Below are positions 16,497 through 24,946 of a stretch of 64,000 bases of DNA, piece by piece (position 1 is the stretch's first letter; every line of letters starts with the position of its first letter). The stretch is from Ruminococcus sp. Phil11 (GTDB taxonomy: Bacteria; Bacillota; Clostridia; Oscillospirales; Ruminococcaceae), in NCBI GenBank assembly GCA_001940925.1, contig MSGZ01000009.1, forward strand, positions 49,908-113,907, given 5' to 3'. A model generated the notes under the pieces. The model saw only the letters and a list, made by a program, of their open reading frames with translations. It did not search any database and was not told the DNA's origin. A program made the position numbers and the translations under genes.

Positions 16497-17222
16497 ATGA
16501 ATCTTGACGATTTGCTGAAGGAAGCGATAACCAAGCCGGAGAAGCGTTCGCTGTTTCTCCAGATGCTCATTAAGAGCGATGTCTATGTGATCTGCAAGTA
16601 TCCTGTCAGGCATGATGAGGTCAACGGCGGTGTTTCCATGGAGCTGGTGACGACGCAGAACCCTGACGGCGACATCTTTATCCCGTTTTTCACAAGCTAC
16701 CGTTCGCTGCAGCAGTTCGCAAAGCGTTATGTCAACTGCTACCGGCTGAACTGCCTGCGGCTGTTTGACCTGATCCAGTCTGCGAATGCCGTGCTGAATC
16801 CGAATTCCTACGGCAAGGAATTTTCCTCGCAGGAGATCAAGAGCATCCTCATGGTCGCAAGAAACCTCAATATCCCGGCGATCTCCATGAAGGAGGAGGA
16901 GACGATCGAATACCGCAGATGCGAGAAGAATGTCGATCATCTGCTCCGGCCGATCACAAGGTATCTCGCCAAGCAGGCGAATGTCGATGCCTGCTATCTC
17001 GTCGAGATGATCCGCGGCTGCGAAAAGCCCCAGACGCTGTTCGTCTTTGACATGAGCGGCAATACGCGCAAGCTGTTCTTCCCGCTCTCCAAGTATCTGC
17101 AGACCTACACGAAATCCGGTGATTCGCTCGTGTTCATCAGCCTTGAGGAGCAGGCCGCGAAAAAGGCCGTTCAGGGCATTGAACCGTTCTATGTACGCAA
17201 AAAGCGCTTCTTTGAGCGCTGA
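16497..17222 (+). CDS. SseB-family (enhanced serine sensitivity-like) protein
   Basis: MNLDDLLKEAITKPEKRSLFLQMLIKSDVYVICK... N-terminal pattern and two-domain length (241 aa) resemble SseB_N/SseB_C. Judged by eye only. Confidence 0.45.
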   Translation: MNLDDLLKEAITKPEKRSLFLQMLIKSDVYVICKYPVRHDEVNGGVSMELVTTQNPDGDIFIPFFTSYRSLQQFAKRYVNCYRLNCLRLFDLIQSANAVLNPNSYGKEFSSQEIKSILMVARNLNIPAISMKEEETIEYRRCEKNVDHLLRPITRYLAKQANVDACYLVEMIRGCEKPQTLFVFDMSGNTRKLFFPLSKYLQTYTKSGDSLVFISLEEQAAKKAVQGIEPFYVRKKRFFER

Positions 17223-17268
17223 ACGACAAATGAAACTGACGTTGAAAGTGAAAGGAGTCTGATGAATC

Positions 17269-17949
17269 ATGCCGCCTCAGGGTCGCCCGACAAGTTCCCA
17301 TTCCTCCCGTCCGATGAGTTCCCATTCGTCTTCCGGTTCGCACGGAGGGATGCATCATTCTTCGCCTTCGCATCACGGGGGCTTTCACCACAGCCCGCCG
17401 CCGCATCACGGGGGATTTCATCACAGTCCGCCCCCGCCGCATCATTACGGCCACAGACCGCCCCGCCCGTATCATTCCTCCGGCGGATACCACGGCCCGA
17501 ATGACTACCGCTACGGCGGAAACTCCTGTTTAGGCGGATGCATCACACTGTTTTCCATTCTTGCACTGCTGGTGTTCATCGTTCTTGCCGTTCGCTGGGC
17601 GATGCACCGCAATGACAGCAAACCGGATCAGCAGCCGGCTTCCGGCTACAGCCAGAGCATTGAGCAGCATGATCCGATCTATGTCACGGCACTCGGCCGC
17701 GATGTCGAATGGTCGAAGAAATACAACTGCTACTATGACAAGGAAACAGACTGTTATTTCTTCCTCAATACGAAGATGAATCCGGAGATCTGGCAGTACT
17801 GGTACGAGGGCACCTCCAACAATTACGGCAAGTACGGCTGGATGGAGTGGGATCCCCGCGAGAACAAGTGGTTCGTTCAGACCGGAAATAAAAAATGGGA
17901 GGTTCTCCCTGAGGATCAGATTCAGCCGCATTTCTGGCATTTTGACTGA
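17269..17949 (+). CDS. His/Pro/Ser-rich N-terminus + TM + unassigned W/Y/C-rich C-terminal domain (paralog 1)
   Basis: MPPQGRPTSSHSSRP...HHGGFHHSPPPHHGGFHHSPPPPHH. TM: CLGGCITLFSILALLVFIVLAV. C-terminus: ...NCYYDKETDCYFF...WQYWYEGTSNNYGKYGWMEWDPRENKWFVQ...FWHFD. Confidence 0.7.
   Translation: MPPQGRPTSSHSSRPMSSHSSSGSHGGMHHSSPSHHGGFHHSPPPHHGGFHHSPPPPHHYGHRPPRPYHSSGGYHGPNDYRYGGNSCLGGCITLFSILALLVFIVLAVRWAMHRNDSKPDQQPASGYSQSIEQHDPIYVTALGRDVEWSKKYNCYYDKETDCYFFLNTKMNPEIWQYWYEGTSNNYGKYGWMEWDPRENKWFVQTGNKKWEVLPEDQIQPHFWHFD
17371..17439 (+). repeat. Tandem 33/36-nt coding repeat (HHGGFHHSPPP x2)
   Basis: CATCACGGGGGCTTTCACCACAGCCCGCCGCCG is followed directly by CATCACGGGGGATTTCATCACAGTCCGCCCCCGCCG. 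Confidence 0.85.
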
Positions 17950-17984
17950 CAGAATCATTTTCAGCATGAAAGGACTTGATGACT

Positions 17985-18944
17985 ATGCCGCCAAGCAGAA
18001 GACCGTCCAGCTCACATTCTTCCCGACCGTCAAGACCGTCGGGCAGTTCGCACCGTTCGTCCTCGCATCACAGCTCGTCGTCGCATCACAGCACACATCA
18101 CAGTTCGTACCACCACAGCCCGCCGCGTCCGCCGCGTCATTCCGGCTACAGCAGCGGACATTCCGGAGGGGGATTCTTCTCCGGAATGGCACTCGGCAGT
18201 CTGCTTTCCCATAGAGAGCAGTCGCAGGACCGCAGCACGACGGTCATCAATCAGCAGATCATCAACACCCCACAGCCGAAGATGTATGAATGCCCGTACT
18301 GCCTCGGCAGAGTGACAGGGACGCCCGCGTCAGACGGAATGCAGTCCCTGACCTGTCCCAATTGCGGCGGTGCGTTATCGGAAAGCAATGCGATCGCACA
18401 GCCGCAGCCTGTGCAGCAGACCTATTCACAGCCGCAGAGCTATGGCACATCGCCGGATGCCGGCAGCTTCGCATACACGAATCGGTCTTCGCACGGCAGT
18501 CAGCTGAAATCCTGCTCCGGCATATTACTTGCAACCGGGCTCATGTGCGGCACCGCTTTGGTGCTGTACAACGTACTCGGCGTCAAGCGGCCGGAGACCG
18601 TGCATAATGACCACAACAACGGCTATTATGAGAACTACGATAACGGCTATCCGGATCACGAGGACAGCTTTTATGTCAGCGAGCTCGGGCGGACATGTTA
18701 CTGGGATGACGAATATCAGTGCTATTATGACAGCGACTCAGACTGCTATTTCTTTGAGAACTATGACATGGATCCGCCGGTCTGGCAGTACTGGTTCGAG
18801 GGCGTTTCCTCCAATTACGGTGCTGATTACGGCTGGATGGAGTGGGACGAGAAAGAGAATTGCTGGTATATCCAGAAAAGTGAAGATGAATGGGTCAGGT
18901 TGCCGGAACAGGAATATACCGACCGGCTCTGGCATTTTGACTGA
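17985..18944 (+). CDS. Ser/His/Pro-rich N-terminus + CxxC..CxxC zinc ribbon + TM + the same W/Y/C-rich C-terminal domain (paralog 2)
   Basis: [44 protein letters not shown]. Zinc ribbon: [10 protein letters not shown]...[10 protein letters not shown]: [22 protein letters not shown]-terminus: ...[13 protein letters not shown]...[31 protein letters not shown]...LWHFD. The start was chosen by parallel with paralog 1; ATG 17979 and TTG 17976 are also in frame. Confidence 0.7.
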   Translation: MPPSRRPSSSHSSRPSRPSGSSHRSSSHHSSSSHHSTHHSSYHHSPPRPPRHSGYSSGHSGGGFFSGMALGSLLSHREQSQDRSTTVINQQIINTPQPKMYECPYCLGRVTGTPASDGMQSLTCPNCGGALSESNAIAQPQPVQQTYSQPQSYGTSPDAGSFAYTNRSSHGSQLKSCSGILLATGLMCGTALVLYNVLGVKRPETVHNDHNNGYYENYDNGYPDHEDSFYVSELGRTCYWDDEYQCYYDSDSDCYFFENYDMDPPVWQYWFEGVSSNYGADYGWMEWDEKENCWYIQKSEDEWVRLPEQEYTDRLWHFD

Positions 18945-18970
18945 ATCACGCGATCGGAGATAAACAAAAC

Positions 18971-20041
18971 ATGATTCAAACTGGAAATCCCGTGTTCGAG
19001 GAGGACGAGGGCAGACTCGCCAGCCCGGAGGTCATTCCGGCAGACAGCGATCTGGAGCTTTCGCTCCGTCCGAAAACCTTGCAGGATTATATCGGGCAGG
19101 AGCAGGTCAAGCAGAATCTTGCGGTGTATATCGAAGCGGCCAGACGCCGCGGGGAACCGCTCGATCATGTGCTGCTTTACGGCCCGCCCGGACTCGGAAA
19201 AACAACGCTTTCCGGCATCATTGCGCATGAGCTGGGCGTGAATCTCCGGGTTACATCCGGCCCCGCAATCGAAAAGCCCGGCGATCTTGCTGCGCTGCTG
19301 ACGAATCTCGGCAGGGGCGATGTGCTCTTTGTGGACGAGATCCACCGGCTGTCCCGCGCCGTCGAGGAGATCCTCTATCCCGCACTGGAGGACAGAGCAC
19401 TCGATATCATGATCGGCAAGGGGCCCTCTGCGCGGTCGATCCGCGTCGATCTGCAGCCGTTCACGCTCGTCGGCGCGACCACGAGAGCCGGACAGCTCTC
19501 CGCGCCGCTCCGCGACCGCTTCGGCATCGTGCAGAGACTGGAGCTCTATACGCCGGAGCAGCTCTGCGATATCATCCGCAGAAGCGCGATGCTGCTTGAC
19601 ATTCCATGTGAAGCAGACGGCGCGATGGAGCTTGCAAGACGCTCCCGCGGAACACCGCGCATCGCGAACAGACTGCTCCGCAGAGTGCGCGATTTTGCCG
19701 ATGTGCTCGGATCCGGCGTCATTGACGTCAAAACGACCCGCGAGGCACTCGAACGGCTCGAGATCGACGAGCTGGGGCTTGATAAGCTTGACCACAGAAT
19801 GCTCGACATGATGATCCGCGGCTATCACGGCGGACCGGTCGGGCTTGAAACACTGGCTTCCGCGATCGGTGAGGAGGCCGTCACGCTGGAGGATGTCTGT
19901 GAGCCGTATCTGATGCAGCTCGGGATGCTTGCACGCACGCCGCGCGGCAGATGCGCGACGCAGCTTGCCTATGAGCATCTCGGATATCCGGTCGGCGACA
20001 ATGTAATGGGACAGCAGTATTCGCTGTCCGATATGATGTGA
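18971..20041 (+). CDS. ruvB: Holliday junction DNA helicase RuvB
   Basis: [19 protein letters not shown]...[13 protein letters not shown]...[10 protein letters not shown]...[16 protein letters not shown]. Confidence 0.95.
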   Translation: MIQTGNPVFEEDEGRLASPEVIPADSDLELSLRPKTLQDYIGQEQVKQNLAVYIEAARRRGEPLDHVLLYGPPGLGKTTLSGIIAHELGVNLRVTSGPAIEKPGDLAALLTNLGRGDVLFVDEIHRLSRAVEEILYPALEDRALDIMIGKGPSARSIRVDLQPFTLVGATTRAGQLSAPLRDRFGIVQRLELYTPEQLCDIIRRSAMLLDIPCEADGAMELARRSRGTPRIANRLLRRVRDFADVLGSGVIDVKTTREALERLEIDELGLDKLDHRMLDMMIRGYHGGPVGLETLASAIGEEAVTLEDVCEPYLMQLGMLARTPRGRCATQLAYEHLGYPVGDNVMGQQYSLSDMM

Positions 20042-20072
20042 TCTCTCTGATTCTGAGGAACAGGAGGGGACT

Positions 20073-20621
20073 ATGAGCTTCTTCTCTCGCAGCAATTTCA
20101 GATATAATCAGAAGATACCGCTTCCGGAGGGCCTGATCAACGGTCAGGCACTGGGGGCGGTATCCGGTATGAAATTCGGGCTTTCCAACATGAGCCGCAG
20201 CGGGTGCGAGGTCATTGCGGTCTATAACGCGCTGCTGCTGCATCACAAGAAGGTGCCCTTTCAGGAGATCGCGAAATATATGGAGCGTTTCCGCGTGCTG
20301 CTCGGATTCTGGGGCACGAATTTCTATGTGCTCGGGCACTGCCTGAAGCATTACGGACTGCACGCACAGCGCGTCAGAAAACCGGAGGAGGCCGAACAGG
20401 CACTCCGCGCCGGAAAGACGGTCGTGTATGTCTACTGGTGCGGCAAACGGTACCGCTCGTCCGTGCATACGGTCTGCCTGCGCAGGCACGGCGACCATAT
20501 CCATGTGTATAATGCGTATAACAGATGCGGTCATGTGTATACCGCAAAATACGAGGATTATCTGCAGAAAAGCAAAATGATCTTCGGCTATATCATCGGG
20601 GAGCCGTCTCAGGGACACTGA
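20073..20621 (+). CDS. Hypothetical protein, possible papain-fold Cys/His enzyme
   Basis: 182 aa, no signal peptide. Candidate nucleophile is in RSGCEVIAVYNALL. Candidate His/Asn residues are in SSVHTVCLRR and HVYNAYN. The assignment is speculative. Confidence 0.3.
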   Translation: MSFFSRSNFRYNQKIPLPEGLINGQALGAVSGMKFGLSNMSRSGCEVIAVYNALLLHHKKVPFQEIAKYMERFRVLLGFWGTNFYVLGHCLKHYGLHAQRVRKPEEAEQALRAGKTVVYVYWCGKRYRSSVHTVCLRRHGDHIHVYNAYNRCGHVYTAKYEDYLQKSKMIFGYIIGEPSQGH

Positions 20622-20651
20622 GCTGCACCCCGGATCAAGAGGTGAACCGAA

Positions 20652-22034
20652 ATGAGCAGATTTCTGCGCCCGGAGGGGCTGCGCGGCGTCGCGATCACGG
20701 AGATCAGCTGCGAGCTGATGCTGCGGCTCGGCAGGGCGGCTGCACAGGCCGTCGGCAGGAGCAGCAATCATCCGCCGGTCTTTTATATTTCCCATGACCC
20801 GCGCCGTTCGGCGGAGGCTCTGGAGGCTGCGCTCTGCGCGGGCATCTGCGCGGGCGGCGGCATTGCCCATGTGCTCGGCGTGGTGCCGTCCTCCGGCATG
20901 GCGATGATGCTTGCCGCGGAGGACGCCGAATGCGGCATCGCGCTGACCGGCGGCGATCTGCCGTTTGAGTCGATCTGCGTGCGGCTGTACTCGAAAACCG
21001 GCGCGCCGATGTCGCCGGAGCTGCTGGATGCGATCTCCGCGCTGCTGCCCTCGACGGCGGCACTCCCGCTGAAATCGCATCAGAACTGCGGGCTCATCTC
21101 CCGGCAGACCGATACCGCAAAACGGTATCTGAGACTGCTGGCGGCAAGGCTCAACACGCCGGACGATCTGACGCGGGGCAAAAAGCTGCGCATCGCAATG
21201 GACTGCGCAAACGGCTCCGTCAGCGGCTATGCCGAGGCACTGTTCCGGCATCTCGGTGCTGAGGTGCTGCTGATGAACTATACGCCCGACGGCATCAATA
21301 TCAACCGGGAATGCGGCGTGCAGTCCATGGAGCCGCTGATCGAATTTGTCAAGGATTACAACTGTGACGCCGGCTTTGCCTTTGACGGCGACGGCGGCCG
21401 CTGCCTTGCAGTCGATGAATCCGGCGAGCTGCTCAACGGCGACCGAATGCTCGCGATCCTCTGTGAGGATAAACTGGAACAGCAGAAGCAGTCGAACGGC
21501 AGTATGCCGAATGTGATGCAGCGCGGCGTTGCGGCGACTGTGATGTCGAATCTCGGCTTCCTGCGCTATGCGAAGGAGCGGGTCATTCCCGTGCATATCA
21601 CGCAGCCTGCACCGCAGTTCGTGCTCGATAAGATGCGGAATTTCGGGCTGGCCTTCGGCGGCGACGGCTCCGGTTATCTTTATTTTGACGATGCACCTGC
21701 GCCGGACGGGCTGCTGACCGCCGCACGGATTCTGCAGGTGATGCAGCGGACGGGCAAAACGCTCAGTGCACTTTCTGCGGTCATGGAGCATGACCCGCAG
21801 GTCGCGGTCTCCGTGCGCATCCCGCCCTACTGGCGCGAGATCTGGAAGAACGATCCGCAGATCACGCGGTTCATTGCCGCGTGTGAGGATGAGCTCGGCA
21901 CCGAGGGACGCATTCTGGTGCGCGAACGGCGCGACGATGCCTCAATCCGCATTATGCTGGAGGGCAGAGATTTCCGCCGCATCAACAACTATGCGTTTGC
22001 GATCGAGGAAGCAATCAAATCGCGGACGAAATAA
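20652..22034 (+). CDS. Phosphoglucosamine mutase (GlmM/alpha-D-phosphohexomutase)-like protein with degenerate catalytic motifs
   Basis: Collinear with GlmM: PEGLRG for TDGIRG, FDGDGGRC for FDGDGDR, MSNLGF, IRIMLEG. The phosphoserine loop SASHNP is replaced by ALTGGDLP, GxExSGH by GGDGSGY, and RxSGTEP by RERRDDAS. Confidence 0.7.
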   Translation: MSRFLRPEGLRGVAITEISCELMLRLGRAAAQAVGRSSNHPPVFYISHDPRRSAEALEAALCAGICAGGGIAHVLGVVPSSGMAMMLAAEDAECGIALTGGDLPFESICVRLYSKTGAPMSPELLDAISALLPSTAALPLKSHQNCGLISRQTDTAKRYLRLLAARLNTPDDLTRGKKLRIAMDCANGSVSGYAEALFRHLGAEVLLMNYTPDGININRECGVQSMEPLIEFVKDYNCDAGFAFDGDGGRCLAVDESGELLNGDRMLAILCEDKLEQQKQSNGSMPNVMQRGVAATVMSNLGFLRYAKERVIPVHITQPAPQFVLDKMRNFGLAFGGDGSGYLYFDDAPAPDGLLTAARILQVMQRTGKTLSALSAVMEHDPQVAVSVRIPPYWREIWKNDPQITRFIAACEDELGTEGRILVRERRDDASIRIMLEGRDFRRINNYAFAIEEAIKSRTK

Positions 22035-22086
22035 CTGCGCGGCAAATACGCTGTGCGAAAATACCTTTTGGAGTGCTTATGCAGAT

Positions 22087-22992
22087 ATGAGAATTGCGGA
22101 ACACTGGGCGGATTACCGCCTGATTGATACAAAATCCGGCGAGCGTCTGGAACGCTGGGGCAATGTCACGCTGATCCGCCCCGACCCGCAGGTCATCTGG
22201 CAGACCCCGCCGCTGACTGACCTTTGGAATCATGCGGACGGGCTTTATCACCGCTCGAAGTCAGGCGGCGGACAGTGGGAATACGCCAAAAAGCCGCCGG
22301 AGAGCTGGCAGATCCGCTACGGCGGGCTGCGGTTTATCGTCCGGCCGACCGGTTTTAAGCATACCGGACTGTTTCCGGAGCAGGCGGTCAACTGGGACTG
22401 GATGACGGAGAAGATCCGCAGTGCTGGCAGACCGGTCCGCGTGCTGAACCTCTTTGCCTATACCGGCGGTGCGACGCTTGCATGTGCCGCAGCCGGTGCG
22501 GAGGTCTGTCATGTGGATGCGGCGAAGGGCATGGTGCAGTGGGCGCGCGAAAACGCCGCGGCCTCTGATCTGACCGAAAAACCGATCCGCTGGATCGTGG
22601 ACGACTGCGAAAAATTCATCCGCAGAGAGGCGCGCCGCGGCAAGACCTACGACGCGATCATTATGGATCCGCCGAGCTACGGGCGCGGCCCCGGCGGTGA
22701 GATCTGGAAGCTCGAAAACAGCATTTATCCGCTGGTGGAAGCCTGTCTCGATATCCTCTCGGACCAACCGCTGTTCTTTCTGCTCAACAGCTATACGACG
22801 GGGCTTTCGCCGTCGGTCATGGGTTATCTGCTGCACAGCCTGATCGTGCCGAAATTCGGCGGAACGGTCTCCGCAGACGAGATCGGTCTGCCGGTGGAGC
22901 TCGCAAAGGCGGCTCTGCCATGCGGTGCGACCGCGATCTGGCAGGCGGACAGTGCGGACAAGTCGAATGAGAATTGCGTACAGGAAACATGA
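22087..22992 (+). CDS. Class I SAM-dependent (RlmI/RlmK-like) methyltransferase
   Basis: MRIAEHWADYRLIDTKSGERLERWG...LIRPDPQVIW; VLNLFAYTGGATLACA; IIMDPPSYGRG. The track ORF start at 21766 overlaps the upstream gene and was rejected. Confidence 0.75.
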   Translation: MRIAEHWADYRLIDTKSGERLERWGNVTLIRPDPQVIWQTPPLTDLWNHADGLYHRSKSGGGQWEYAKKPPESWQIRYGGLRFIVRPTGFKHTGLFPEQAVNWDWMTEKIRSAGRPVRVLNLFAYTGGATLACAAAGAEVCHVDAAKGMVQWARENAAASDLTEKPIRWIVDDCEKFIRREARRGKTYDAIIMDPPSYGRGPGGEIWKLENSIYPLVEACLDILSDQPLFFLLNSYTTGLSPSVMGYLLHSLIVPKFGGTVSADEIGLPVELAKAALPCGATAIWQADSADKSNENCVQET

Positions 22993-23474
22993 ATATCACG
23001 GTCAGAAGATTTGAAAAAGGGGATGCCGACGCGGTCTCTGCAGTCGTCTGTGAGACGGTCAGAGTCAGCAATGCAAAGGATTATCCGCCGGAATACATTG
23101 AGGTGCTTGTCAGACAGCACGGCCCTGATGTAATCGCCAAGCGCGCAAAGCAGGCGCATATGTATGTTGCATGTGACGGTGATAAGATCATCGGCACCGG
23201 CTCGATCGCAGGATACTGGGGCAGCGAAACTGAGAGCATCCTGCTGACGATCTTTGTGCTGCCTGCGTATCAGGGAACAGGCATCGGGCGGCTGATCATT
23301 GAAACGCTGGAGCAGGACGAATACGGAAAGCGGGCAAACCGCATTGAGATTCCTGCTTCGCTGACCGGCCTGCATTTTTACCGGCATCTCGGTTATGATT
23401 ATAAGGACGGCATCACAGAGCCGGAGGACGGTGTGATGTACCGTCTGGAGAAGCGGAAACCGGTCAAAGACTGA
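22989..23474 (+). CDS. GNAT family N-acetyltransferase
   Basis: ATG overlaps the upstream stop (ATGA). VLPAYQGTGIGRLIIETLE is the acetyl-CoA binding motif. Confidence 0.8.
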   Translation: MNITVRRFEKGDADAVSAVVCETVRVSNAKDYPPEYIEVLVRQHGPDVIAKRAKQAHMYVACDGDKIIGTGSIAGYWGSETESILLTIFVLPAYQGTGIGRLIIETLEQDEYGKRANRIEIPASLTGLHFYRHLGYDYKDGITEPEDGVMYRLEKRKPVKD

Positions 23475-23486
23475 ACGGAGGCACTC

Positions 23487-24263
23487 ATGAAACGGATTGC
23501 TGTTGTAACAGGCGCGAGCAGCGGGCTCGGCAGGGAATTTGTAAAGCTCCTTGAAAAAGAGCAGGGGATTCAGGAGATCTGGCTCGTTGCAAGAAGCAAA
23601 GAGAAGCTTGACAAAATGGCGGCCAAAAGCGGCGGACGCATGAGAGCCGTTCCGCTCGATCTCTCCGTGCACGAGAATATTCAGAAGCTCGGGGAACTGC
23701 TCAGGACAGAGCAGGTTTCTGTCCGGTATCTGGTCAACAACGCCGGATACGGCAAATTCGGTGCGTACAGCGACCTTTCCGCGGAGCAGTCCCGCAACAT
23801 GATCGACCTCAATATCAGCGGCGTTGTGGAGACGGGGCTTGTCTGCCTGCCGTTCATGCACCGCGGCAGCCGCATCCTGAATATCGCGTCGCTGGCGTCA
23901 ACCGCGCCGCTGCCGTATCTCAATATCTATGCGGCGACCAAGGCGTTTGTGCGGAATTATTCCCGCGCACTCAATATTGAGCTGAAGCCGCGCGGCATCT
24001 CTGTGACGGCGGTCTGTCCCGGCTGGATGGACACCGGCTTCATTGCAAATGCGCAGACCGGCGCAAAGGATTCCCCGACCGTGTTTGCGGCGATCACCAA
24101 GCCGGATGTCGTGGCGGCGAAAGCGCTCCGCGATGCGAAATGCGGCAGGGAGCTTTCCGTTTACGGCATTTTCCCGAAGCTGACCTATGCTGCCGCGAAG
24201 CTTCTGCCGCAGCAGGTCATCATGAGAAGCTGGCTGATGATGCAGAACATGAAATCAAGGTGA
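23487..24263 (+). CDS. Short-chain dehydrogenase/reductase (SDR) family oxidoreductase
   Basis: VVTGASSGLGREF, NNAG, and YAATKAF as the catalytic YxxxK. Confidence 0.85.
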   Translation: MKRIAVVTGASSGLGREFVKLLEKEQGIQEIWLVARSKEKLDKMAAKSGGRMRAVPLDLSVHENIQKLGELLRTEQVSVRYLVNNAGYGKFGAYSDLSAEQSRNMIDLNISGVVETGLVCLPFMHRGSRILNIASLASTAPLPYLNIYAATKAFVRNYSRALNIELKPRGISVTAVCPGWMDTGFIANAQTGAKDSPTVFAAITKPDVVAAKALRDAKCGRELSVYGIFPKLTYAAAKLLPQQVIMRSWLMMQNMKSR

Positions 24264-24267
24264 CAGT

Positions 24268-24927
24268 ATGCAATACAAAATTGTAGACATGGAGACCTAT
24301 TACCGGCGCGGGGTGTTCCGGCATTTTTCGCAGGACTGCAAATGTTCCGTGTCGCTGACAAGCCGCGTGGATGTGACTGCGCTAAAGCAGTTCTCCAAAG
24401 CAACCGGCACAAGCTTTTACCTCAATTTTCTGTATGTTCTGAGCCGTGCGCTCAATGCGCGGGAGGACTACCGTCTTGCATGGGACTGGCAGAACGAACG
24501 CCTGTTGCTCTGGGACAAGATCAATCCGACGCAGTATGTGTTCCATGAAGATACCGAGACCTTTACGCTGGCCTATACCGAATATGACCCGGAGTACAGC
24601 GTTTTTTATACGCGGGCACTGGCTGATCTGAACGCGGCGAAGCAGTCGCGGGAATACGGTCTTGATGAGGCGAATCACCCGAACTGGTTTGACGCGTCCT
24701 TTCTGCCGTGGCTCAGCTATGACGCGCTGCATGTGGAACTGCCGGACGGGTATCTCTACTTCAATCCGATTATCAACTGGGGCGCGTACCGCGAGGAAAA
24801 CGGCAGATTGCTGATGCCGGTCACGGTGCGGCTGAATCATGCCGCGGCGGACGGATTTCAGATCGCGCGTGTTTATAAGCTGATTGAGACGGAAATGACC
24901 GCGCTCTGCGGGACAGTATCAGAATGA
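24268..24927 (+). CDS. Type A chloramphenicol O-acetyltransferase (CAT) family protein
   Basis: 219 aa. YYRRGVFRHF, TSFYLNFLYVLSRALN and LMPVTVRLNHAAADGF parallel the CAT catalytic VHHAVCDGFH motif, and the His is retained. Confidence 0.7.
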   Translation: MQYKIVDMETYYRRGVFRHFSQDCKCSVSLTSRVDVTALKQFSKATGTSFYLNFLYVLSRALNAREDYRLAWDWQNERLLLWDKINPTQYVFHEDTETFTLAYTEYDPEYSVFYTRALADLNAAKQSREYGLDEANHPNWFDASFLPWLSYDALHVELPDGYLYFNPIINWGAYREENGRLLMPVTVRLNHAAADGFQIARVYKLIETEMTALCGTVSE

Positions 24928-24946
24928 ACATAACAGGGAGAAAACA

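Noticed and set aside
21766-22086. 5' extension of the methyltransferase ORF (track start 21766), overlapping the GlmM-like gene by ~270 nt.
   Set aside because: The extension is Arg/Ser-rich with no homology signal. The methyltransferase family N-terminus (MRIAEHWADYRLID...) begins at ATG 22087.
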